From positions 1 through 64,000 of IMG/VR virus record IMGVR_UViG_3300044625_001067: DNA of 64,000 nt; one strand, written 5' to 3'. Positions 35,449 to 43,552 of the stretch are shown piece after piece. Each line of letters opens with the position of its first letter. Position 1 is the first letter of the stretch. The notes under the pieces were generated by a model, which saw nothing but the letters and a program-made list of their open reading frames with translations, ran no database searches and was not told where the DNA came from. Both the position numbers and the translations under genes were made by a program.

Positions 35449-35928
35449 ATGAAAACCCTTAGATACACAACTATTAACCGACAAGCCTTGGGTTGGCCAT
35501 CTGGCCCGTGGGACAATGAGCCCGACAAGGTCCAGTGGCCTGACATGGCGACCGGACTCCCTTGCTTAGCAGTTCGCAACCCTCTCTCAGGGCACTGGTG
35601 TGGCTACGTTGGCGTTGCCGACGAGCACCCTTGCTTCGGCAAGTACTGGGATGACGTTCCGGGTATAGATGTCCACGGCGGGCTCACTTTCTCCGACCAC
35701 TGTCAACCAGACTCCGAAGAGACAGGGATATGCCACATTCCGGGTGAGGGACAACCCGACCACGTTTGGTGGTTCGGCTTCGACTGCGCCCACTACGGTG
35801 ATTCTTCACCGCAACTACAAGTTTACTTAGGTACGGAACGCCACCAAGAATACAGAACTCTTGAGTACGTGAAAGAAGAGTGCGGTTTTCTTGCACGCCA
35901 ACTTTCTCACCCTATCCGACTCGCGTAA
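35449..35928 (+). CDS. conserved phage protein
   Basis: 'GHWCGYVGV...VHGGLTF...WWFGFDCAH'. Confidence 0.7.
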   Translation: MKTLRYTTINRQALGWPSGPWDNEPDKVQWPDMATGLPCLAVRNPLSGHWCGYVGVADEHPCFGKYWDDVPGIDVHGGLTFSDHCQPDSEETGICHIPGEGQPDHVWWFGFDCAHYGDSSPQLQVYLGTERHQEYRTLEYVKEECGFLARQLSHPIRLA

Positions 35929-36702
35929 AGTGGAAAAGAATCTTCTCGACGCTTTTAACCTTGAAGAGTACGACTACGAAGTCGCCTTTGAGTTTCGCGA
36001 CTCTAGCTTCTTTCGCCGACTTTTCACTCGCAAAAAAGATTTCTTGGTGTATTACATTCGCCGAGTGCCGAAGATTGCGTCTGACCCGGCGAAAGAGAGT
36101 CAGGGGGAGAAGGTTCTATCGCACAGGTACAGTTCTCAGGATGGCGAGAAGATCTATGCCTTTGGCTCAGTAAATGACAAATGGGATTTTATGTACTGGG
36201 ACACATCAGACGAACCTCAACAGTTACTCATGAGAGTATGCCTGAAGCTTCGGCTCTCAAGCGACAACGTTACATTTTCTACCGCGACTCACTAGAGTTT
36301 GCAGCACACTGAATTAAAACTTTGACAATGGTAAACGTACCACTCAGTAATTTTGATTTCGACCGCTACAACTATGTGGTAGCATTTGAGTTTCGCAATT
36401 CGGGGTTTCTTCGTAGGCTTCTCACTCGAAAGAGTGATCACCTGTTGTACTACATTCGACGGGAATGCAAGCTGAAATCTCAAAACCAAGACGGAGAGGA
36501 AATCCTGTCCAGCTACTTCACTCTTGAGTATCTTGAGAGATACGTTTGTTTCCTGTCGCGAGAGGAGGACAACTACAAACCCCTATACTGGAACAATCCC
36601 ACTGAACCTCAGGAGTTTCTCACTCGACTGTACATGAAACTCAAACCTTCTCAAGACAACGTTACTTTTTCAACCTCAAGCCTCAGTTTCACGGAACAAT
36701 AA
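35929..36702 (+). CDS. two tandem paralogous hypothetical genes (about 35929-36295 and 36322-36702)
   Basis: 'YDYEVAFEFRDSSFFRRLFTRKKDFLVYYIRR' vs 'YNYVVAFEFRNSGFLRRLLTRKSDHLLYYIRR'. Confidence 0.7.
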
Positions 36703-36714
36703 TAGCATAGCAGT

Positions 36715-37497
36715 ATGGCACACACTGACACCCTTGGAGACCTTCTTAAGGCTCAAGAACAGGCGGAAGCGGGGCGAAAAGCCGACCCGTTACTCCCCCT
36801 TATGGCACGTATCGACGGTAGCTGCTTCAGTGCTTTCACCAAGGGGCTAGAGCGACCATTTGACGAGCGATTTGTGCAGTTAATGATTGAAACCACCAAG
36901 TTTCTCGTTGACAAGAGTGAAGCCCAACTCGGTTACTGCCAAAGTGATGAAATTACATTGTTCTGGTACCTCGACAAGGAAAATTACTCGAACAGAGAGC
37001 TGTGGTTCGGTGGCAAGTTTCAAAAGCTGACCTCGATCCTGGCCGGCTCCGCATCGTCATACTTTAGTGCGAACATTCCAAAAGTTCTGCATGAAAAGCA
37101 AGGGTGCTATCCCGTGTTTGACGCGAGAGTGTGGAATGTCCCGGACTTAGAACACGCATACCTAAACTTTGTCTGGAGACAACAAGATGCGCAGAAGAAC
37201 TCCGTATCCATGTACGCTCGCCACTTCTTCTCCCACAAGTCTCTTCAGGGCAAAACCTGCCGAGAAATGAAGGGAATGCTTGCCGAAGTCGGAAAGCCAT
37301 GGGAAGAACTCCCTAAGTTTTTCACTCACGGAACGTTCGTGCGAAGGCAGCGCCGTCTTGTCAACCCCGAGGATCTTGTTGGCATTCCCGAGAAGTACCG
37401 CCCGACCAAGGCAATCGTTCGCACTGTTGTTGAAAAGTGGGAGCCTTATGGGGAACTTTCCTTGAGCGACTTTGCTCCTTGGGCTTTTGCTCGGTAA
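36715..37497 (+). CDS. thg1: tRNA(His) guanylyltransferase Thg1-like 3'-5' polymerase
   Basis: 'RIDGSCFSAFT', 'GYCQSDEITL', 'GKFQKLTS', 'FDAR', 'WRQQDAQKNS'. Confidence 0.93.
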   Translation: MAHTDTLGDLLKAQEQAEAGRKADPLLPLMARIDGSCFSAFTKGLERPFDERFVQLMIETTKFLVDKSEAQLGYCQSDEITLFWYLDKENYSNRELWFGGKFQKLTSILAGSASSYFSANIPKVLHEKQGCYPVFDARVWNVPDLEHAYLNFVWRQQDAQKNSVSMYARHFFSHKSLQGKTCREMKGMLAEVGKPWEELPKFFTHGTFVRRQRRLVNPEDLVGIPEKYRPTKAIVRTVVEKWEPYGELSLSDFAPWAFAR

Positions 37498-37661
37498 CGG
37501 ACTCATATGGGAAATCACCCTGAGCGACTTTGCTCCTTGTGCCATTGCGCTGTAACGGATTCACCCATGAAATGTCCCTAAGCCACTTTACTTCCTGAGT
37601 CCCTTGCGCTATACTGATTTCACCTGGGAATTTACTCCTGAGTCCCTTGCGCTGTAGCGGA
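37445..37661 (+). repeat. degenerate ~58-bp tandem repeat (about 3.7 units)
   Basis: Core TGAGCGACTTTGCTCCTTG...TTGCGCTGTAACGGA repeated from the thg1 3' end to tRNA-Gly. Confidence 0.75.
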
Positions 37662-37678
37662 GGCACCGGCAAACCAAT

Positions 37679-37750
37679 GCGAGTGTAGTTCAGCGGTAGA
37701 ACGTTAGCTTCCCAAGCTAAATGTCGCCGGTTCAAGTCCGGTCACTCGCT
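37679..37750 (+). tRNA. tRNA-Gly(CCC)
   Basis: GCGAGTG/CACTCGC acceptor; anticodon loop TTCCCAA; T loop TTCAAGT; no encoded CCA. Confidence 0.95.
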
Positions 37751-38306
37751 CTCTTTCCCGCACAGCAAATATCTTTATGCAACCTTCAAACGAAGACCCC
37801 AGCTCAGTGGAAAAGATTGAAAAGGAAGTTATTGAGTTCTTGAACACAAAGGGAGGACGTGCAAAGCTTCGTGAAGTTCAAACTAGGTTTGAGCAGGAAA
37901 CAGTGAAGTCCATTCAAAACCTCACAGTCGCACCGGGGTCTGTAGTTCTCGACATGATTGCAAACAACAAGCTTTGTCTCAATTCCGATTGGGAAGTTGG
38001 TGTTAGACCCACTATTCCCATAAGCACGGCATCACCCAGGTACGTAACAACTGGGAGTTTTTCCGTGCGCAACGATATAAACTGCCCACGCTGCGATCTT
38101 CAGCATGTCGACCGGGGCGACTGGGCCAAGAGACTGCACAGGAAGCACCTCTGCGAACGGTGCGGCTGCATCTGGCAGCCTGAGGACGGGTATAGCTTCG
38201 GAATCTGACCCTAAGTGTTCAATTCAGTGAGCAGGGCGGTTACCCGCCTTTACCTTTCCGGGAGAAGGCGGTATGATTATAAGGTAACCAGTTTCGGTCC
38301 GGTCTG

Positions 38307-39008
38307 ATGGCTTCTTCCTCAAAAGTTCTTGACCTTGTTCGTTACGTTGGGCAGACCTTGTCGGTTAAACGAAGGAATGGCAGCATCGTCTCCTTAAGAA
38401 TTTCAGCTTCAACTAGTAACCCCCTTTACCCCTTCCAAGACTCCTCCGGAGGATTTTACACCCCTGAAGGGTGCACCTTCTTTGGCCAAAGGTCTCCCGA
38501 CGATATTGTGAAGATTCTCGGTATCAGGAAACCGGGAATGGGTAGGACTGAGCTTAGAGATTTTATTTCCCAGACCGAAGAGTATGCGAGACAACTTAAA
38601 TTGGAATTGTCTCGCCGGGAGTCTTGCCCAACTTTACAGGAAGCCTCAGAAGGTGATGTACTTGAAGATGACTCCATTGTTCTCCTCAAGTGTGCTAACA
38701 ACGCAATACTCGTATCCCCCTCATATACAGAAACCGAAGCCACATGGAGTGATACTTTTCTGGAGCTGAATGATTCCCTAAAGGAGGGTGGATTTAATCC
38801 TTCTGAGTGGTTTGTACCCTCCAAGAGCCTTCTTCACTTGGCTATGGCGACCCATAGAAGGTTTTTTGAAGAATCATGGTATTGGAGTTCCACTGAGTAT
38901 GACGACACCAGGGCAGAGGCTGTGGACTTTAGGGATGACGGAAGCTACGAGCTTCACCCAAAGACCTATAAAGGTTCCGTTCGTGCCTTTCGCTCCGTCT
39001 ACTTTTAA
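38307..39008 (+). CDS. protein with C-terminal DUF1566/C-type-lectin-like end
   Basis: 'WFVPS...WYWSSTE...VRAFR'. Confidence 0.6.
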   Translation: MASSSKVLDLVRYVGQTLSVKRRNGSIVSLRISASTSNPLYPFQDSSGGFYTPEGCTFFGQRSPDDIVKILGIRKPGMGRTELRDFISQTEEYARQLKLELSRRESCPTLQEASEGDVLEDDSIVLLKCANNAILVSPSYTETEATWSDTFLELNDSLKEGGFNPSEWFVPSKSLLHLAMATHRRFFEESWYWSSTEYDDTRAEAVDFRDDGSYELHPKTYKGSVRAFRSVYF

Positions 39009-40527
39009 CCCCCGAAAGCCCTAAACCAATGGTAGACCCTGCACAAACTGACTTGTTTACTGCCCCGGTGACTTCAGACTATCAAGTAAAGACCCGCTGG
39101 GGTTTCATGGGGTTCGAGAATCAGTATTGGGATAAGACAAAAATAGGGGAGATAATCACACTTTCCGGACCGCGAGTTGATGTAGATCACAAGAGAAAGA
39201 ATACGTTTAGTGGGTATATTCTTGACCTAGAGTTTCTTACTTGCGAGGATTATAGCAGGGTTCAAGGGGAGTGGACAGCGCCGAAACACATGGATTGCGC
39301 TATTGCAACTATGTGGACTTTTAAGGGAACCGCCGCTAGACGTAAAATGACGACACTACTTAAAAGTGGGCTTGGCATTGGCGTCTCAATTGAGCATGGC
39401 GGTAGAAAGCCTAAAAGAACCATAGGTCCTTGCATAACAGTCACCCATTGCCCCCAAAACCACGATGCATGGGTTATAACTGGAGCCATCGCAGGAAAGT
39501 TCTACAGCAATTTGTATCCAAAGAACAAAACACTTCCGGACTCAGTTTTGAACTGTGCACGGGAGCAATACGAGAAGCACGCTAAACAAGTGTTTCATAC
39601 ACGTGGGAATAGAGATTTCATTCGTGCCCAGCTAGAGTGGGAACCTGGCGGGTCTTACTACAAGTTGTTAAATCCACCCTGTCGAGGGTGAGGTTAGTCG
39701 GGTACGGTCAACCGCACCCCTGAAGGCGGTTACCCGCCTTGCCTTTTCCAGGAAAGTAAGGCATAATTAACGAGAAACTGAACGATGGCCCTCGAACAAT
39801 GAAGTCCACATTTTACGTGAAGAACGAAAAGGTTGAGAGCACAAAAGCTCTCGTTCGCCAACACGCAACTCTAAGATTTCTACAAAACCCTTTACAGGTG
39901 GGTTCCTCAACCGAATTCTGCTTAGAAGGCGATGTCAAAGACTTTAATTCTCTCAACGTTATGCTGGAGGAGCTAAACGTCGAAGAAAAACCAGAACCAG
40001 GGAGCTTTGTTGAACATTTCTGGTCAGTTGTAAGGGGTTCCCCTCGCAATCGCAACCTGTGATTGCCGCAGAAACGGTTAGCCGGCCCCATCCGTTAGGT
40101 CCTTTTTCGGCCTTTGCAAGTAAACACGTCATTCTACTAGCATGGACATTAAGTCACCCTTGACTGACATAGGCTTGCGTAACTTGGCTCACGCACCCCG
40201 TCCCACTGCGGCAAGGGCTCGAAAGCAGATTAGAGAGATTAAAAAAGGGTCCGGCGTGTCTGTGAACGATTGGACGTTTAGAGGTAACATGAAGTACTCT
40301 ATAAACTGCGGAAGTCTAGAAGACACTTCTACAGCCGTATCTTGGCTGAAAGAGAAGAGTATTGCTGTTCTTGAGTGCCCTAAGATACTTGACGCCACAG
40401 CATAGGGCGACGGATGGATTGCTTATTTGGTTAGACCTATAGCGTGAAGGCGGTTTCCTGGCTTGTTTGCTTGGGGGACTCCCTCTGACAACCCTGCGGC
40501 ACTCAAGTCGAATTCTCCCGCCCAACG

Positions 40528-40572
40528 GGGCGGTTACCCGCCCTTTTGCCCCTCGGCGAAACGGGCTATAGT
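40528..40572 (+). promoter_or_regulatory. composite promoter 1 of RNA island
   Basis: GGGCGGTTACCCGCC...TATAGT; no plausible ORF follows. Confidence 0.8.
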
Positions 40573-40600
40573 AAAGGAGTGGTTGAGAGCTTCGCTCCTC

Positions 40601-40785
40601 GCCCCCCTTGCGAAACGAACCTCGAAAAGATCGCGTCTTTGTAAAAGACCTAAGTAGCATACCCCACGAATGTACCTCGTTAGTCGTGCTTGGCGGGTTA
40701 AGCGTAAATGCTTCCGTAAGCTGGGGAAAGGGCTAGGACAAATTGCTACTACAATGACGCAATCTTCGAGACTTCGCCAAGGGGC
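40601..40785 (+). ncRNA. ~185-nt rod-shaped structured RNA of unknown class
   Basis: Nested pairings GCCCC/GGGGC, CTCG/CGAG, AAGAT/ATCTT, GCGTC/GACGC, AGTAGCA/TGCTACT, CCCCA/TGGGG; lies between two promoters. Confidence 0.65.
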
Positions 40786-40787
40786 AA

Positions 40788-40831
40788 GGCGGGAAACCGC
40801 CCTTTACTCCCCTAGCCAAACAAGCTATAGT
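40788..40831 (+). promoter_or_regulatory. composite promoter 2 of RNA island
   Basis: GGCGGGAAACCGCC box, TTTACT, TATAGT 40826-31. Confidence 0.8.
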
Positions 40832-40911
40832 AAAGGGGTGGTTGAGAGAGCTTCGCTCCTCACTCTTTCCCCGGTCTCTCCGGGGGCAACTTGAAAATTT
40901 AAGATTTACAC

Positions 40912-41006
40912 ACACTGGTGAGTACACAGGTTGGGGTACGACCAAGTGCTACCGTGGTCGGGCTTTTACCCTGGTAAGGGGTGAAAGAGTTGGTAGCAGC
41001 CAGTGT
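40912..41006 (+). ncRNA. pseudoknotted multi-stem RNA of unknown class
   Basis: ACACTGG/CCAGTGT closing stem; three internal hairpins; loop TGCTACCG complementary to TGGTAGCA. Confidence 0.55.
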
Positions 41007-41017
41007 TAAGACCAAAA

Positions 41018-41140
41018 GGTTAACGAGAGAGAAAGATCACGGTTCGAGTCCGGATCCAGCAGTAATTGAGCCCGTCAAGGGCATTCCTAGCCATGGTTGC
41101 GGGGTAGTTTAAGTGGCCTAAAAACATTCTCTCTTTTACC
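41018..41140 (+). ncRNA. circularly permuted tRNA-like element 1
   Basis: Order: GAGAGAG, T arm (TTCGAGT), acceptor closed by a linker, TA-GTTT..AAAC D arm, TTCTCTC. Confidence 0.65.
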
Positions 41141-41219
41141 CAGGGGACAATGGCGGTCGCGGCTAACGCCAAGTGCGACTAAGCCACGTCTCATGACCCC
41201 GGTTGATCCCGGGGTATAC

Positions 41220-41293
41220 GCTGCAGTAGGCGAATTGGTTAAGCCGCCAGACTTTCAATCTGGAAATTACGGGTTCAAACCCCGTCTGCAGTA
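41220..41293 (+). tRNA. tRNA-Glu(TTC)
   Basis: GCTGCAG/CTGCAGT; CCAGA-CTTTCAA-TCTGG; ACGGG-TTCAAAC-CCCGT. Confidence 0.9.
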
Positions 41294-41422
41294 TGACCCT
41301 GTGGTTTAACCCATGGGGCACCCTGTGGTTCAACCCGTAGGGCAAATCCACCTTGCCTCTACAGATCGGGAGATAGCATCAAAACGAGTCATCGTGGAAG
41401 AGGGAAGAACTCGGTGGGTTCC

Positions 41423-41548
41423 TGACTAAGAGTGTTAGAGGTTAGCATGTTCCTTTGGGCGAAAACAGTAAGATAGAACGAAGGCCAAGTTCCGTATCTG
41501 TGAGTAGTTTTGACAGAGGAGGTTGAGGTTCGAATCCTCGTTAGTCAC
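41423..41548 (+). ncRNA. tRNA-like RNA with ~50-nt hairpin insertion in the anticodon arm (Gln-like)
   Basis: TGACTAA/TTAGTCA acceptor, D arm, TGAGG-TTCGAAT-CCTCG T arm; extended anticodon arm. Confidence 0.7.
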
Positions 41549-41695
41549 TTGCCCCTCGGCAACAGGGTGCTTCGTTATGCCCTGACCATCAAACATAACG
41601 CCGCTTCTCGTGACGGTAAGATCGAGACTCTGCATCCCTGAGTAACGGGACGCTTAATGTTTGTCGGACAAACATCCTTGGCAACTCAACAGGTT

Positions 41696-41790
41696 AAGAC
41701 GTTGCGAGTCACAGCTGGTAACTGTGACAGGGGACAAGTCTGGTTGACGTTCTGTGCACAAGAACCACGGGTTCGATTCCCGGCGTCTTC
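41696..41790 (+). ncRNA. tRNA-like RNA with extra arm (Cys GCA-like loop)
   Basis: AAGACGT/GCGTCTT; GTCACAG/CTGTGAC hairpin; GTTCT-GTGCACA-AGAAC; CGGG-TTCGATT-CCCG. Confidence 0.6.
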
Positions 41791-41816
41791 GTTGGTTTGC
41801 TTTCGCAAACCCTTAC

Positions 41817-41865
41817 TTCCGCTCTTCTGAGGCCGAAAGCCACGGGGTTCGAATCCCGGCGGAAA
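41817..41865 (+). ncRNA. miniature tRNA-like element (acceptor + T arm, GAAA hairpin)
   Basis: TTCCGC/GCGGAA; GGC-CGAAA-GCC; GGG-TTCGAAT-CCC. Confidence 0.55.
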
Positions 41866-42097
41866 CTGCTCTAAGGGGCAATCACAGGCAAACGCGAGAG
41901 AAATTATGGACAATAGAGCCCGAGGATTTCTCGGATACTCACCCGGCTCCCCTTCGGGTCCCTTCAAGGGATAATTCCTTAGCCTCATAATGTGAGGGTC
42001 CTTTGGGCAACAGTTTCGATTGATCGTAAACCCTCGTTTGGAAAGTGCGGCGCATAACTAAGTCCGTGCGGAAGACAGCAGTGGGTGACCGTCGAAG

Positions 42098-42177
42098 TTG
42101 AAACGGAGCTGGACGCTCGTACTCGTACAGGATGGCCTCTGTGCGAGCAATGCAGGTTCGATCCCTGCCGTTTTAAT
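42098..42177 (+). ncRNA. D-stemless tRNA-like element with long anticodon-position stem
   Basis: TTGAAACG/CGTTTTAA; GCTCGTAC/GTGCGAGC; GCAGG-TTCGATC-CCTGC. Confidence 0.6.
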
Positions 42178-42244
42178 TGCCCAAGATAAACCCACTGGCT
42201 AACCCTGGTACGGTTAATCGCAAGGCAATCCCTCCGGAGGGGAA

Positions 42245-42309
42245 GGTGCGTGGCTTAGTGGTAAAGCTGGTCCGAAAGGCTGAACGCAGGTTCGATTCCT
42301 GCCGCACCA
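42245..42309 (+). ncRNA. tRNA-like element with GAAA tetraloop replacing the anticodon loop
   Basis: GGTGCG/CGCACC; canonical D arm GCTT-AGTGGTA-AAGC; GCAGG-TTCGATT-CCTGC. Confidence 0.7.
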
Positions 42310-42310
42310 C

Positions 42311-42951
42311 TTGGAGTGAGATTCGAGAGTTAGTCGCCTCGATACCCGCAGGGGTATAGCTTAAAGACTCCCTAACAGAGCGCACTCAACCCCAGTTATC
42401 CCACGGCGCTGGTCGCATAGCCGAAGGCACTTCCTGAAGAAGGAACAACTACCGCTGGCGGACCTGGGGCGGTTTGTTGTAAAACAATTGGTATTCAGTA
42501 GCGTCTCGCGAGCAACGCTGATACAACCAGGTCCTGCGACCCTAAGTTAATGCCTCCACGTGGCAGGGTTGGTAACTTTCCCTTTAGGAAAGGCCAAATT
42601 AACAGGGAATTTCTCATCCCGTACGTGAGAAACCTCGACCAAGGTGAGAAGTCAGTCGCTCAGGACACTCTGGGAAAACCTGCCAAGGGTTAATTTGGAC
42701 GGAACTTTCATCCGTTACGTGAAAGCTCTCCTTTGGATTTCGAAGGAATCCGGGGTACTTTGACAGCGATTTGCTCTAAAACCTTCAACAGGTCTGGCAA
42801 TTCGGTGAGTTTGATTCCCGCTTACTCCATTGGATTTTCTCAAATCCGACACCCCCAGAAAAGTTTACTACCTTTGGTAGTGACTATAATGGATGAGTCA
42901 CTGCTCTGCTTGGGCGAAAGCTAAACGGATAACCGGACCGTTCAGCTCCAA
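42311..42951 (+). ncRNA. large ornate structured RNA (~640 nt) with several pseudoknots
   Basis: Terminal stem TTGGAGTGA/TCAGCTCCAA and many long-range complementarities (see findings); no credible ORF. Confidence 0.7.
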
Positions 42952-43208
42952 GTATCAGGTTTCCCCTGGGTTAGCACCCAGGGGTTTAACCCATTCTAGA
43001 AACTGGGATCGTAAGGAAAACGTCGTTAAGTTCCCGTCACTGCCCTGTAAACAGACGTTAACATGGGGTGCTTTCTTGAGGGCTGTCTTGCCGCTGGTAT
43101 CGCTAGATGAAACACTCTTACCGGCCAGTTTGCGAGCCCTGCTGAAAGCTTAGTCCCCTCTGTGCGGCATTGGTTCGCCAAGGCCACGGGATTAGCCTCC
43201 CGTGCTAC

Positions 43209-43284
43209 CCAGGTATCGCCTAACTTGGCTATGGCACCTCTTTCGGGAAGAGGAATAGTCCCGGTTCAAATCCGGGTGCCTGGA
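43209..43284 (+). tRNA. tRNA-Pro(CGG)
   Basis: CCAGGTA/TGCCTGG; CCTCT-TTCGGGA-AGAGG; CCCGG-TTCAAAT-CCGGG. Confidence 0.9.
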
Positions 43285-43355
43285 TGTCCCACTAACGTGG
43301 GAGCAAGGAAACTTGATAACTAAGTAACTATTCTGTCGCAAATGCGATAGCATTT

Positions 43356-43429
43356 GGGGTCTTAGCTCATTTTGGTAGAGCATCTCTGTGGCACGGAGAA
43401 GGTGACCGGTTCGATCCCGGTAGATTCCA
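43356..43429 (+). tRNA. tRNA-Ala(GGC)
   Basis: GGGGTCT/AGATTCC with G3:U70; loop GTGGCAC. Confidence 0.92.
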
Positions 43430-43457
43430 CTTTGTGGGCAACCACAAACTAGAGCAA

Positions 43458-43531
43458 GGGCTTACATGTACCAAGGCTGGCGAGATTGCTTTGCAAGCAA
43501 ACTGTGAAGAGTTCGATTCTCTTTGGGTCCA
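43458..43531 (+). tRNA. tRNA-Ala(TGC), atypical D arm
   Basis: GGGCTTA/TGGGTCC with G3:U70; loop TTTGCAA; AAGAG-TTCGATT-CTCTT. Confidence 0.75.
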
Positions 43532-43552
43532 CTTTCGCTAACGCGAAAACAC

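Noticed and set aside
40915-40945. Hammerhead ribozyme (CTGGTGA-GTAC..GTAC-GAC)
   Set aside because: Core deviates from CUGANGA...GAAA at essential positions and there is no stem III/cleavage triplet
42875-43160. Group I intron (GACTATA and AAAGCTTAGTCC resemble R and S elements)
   Set aside because: No P4-P6 domain in the required position and no interrupted host gene identified; a covariance search should still be run
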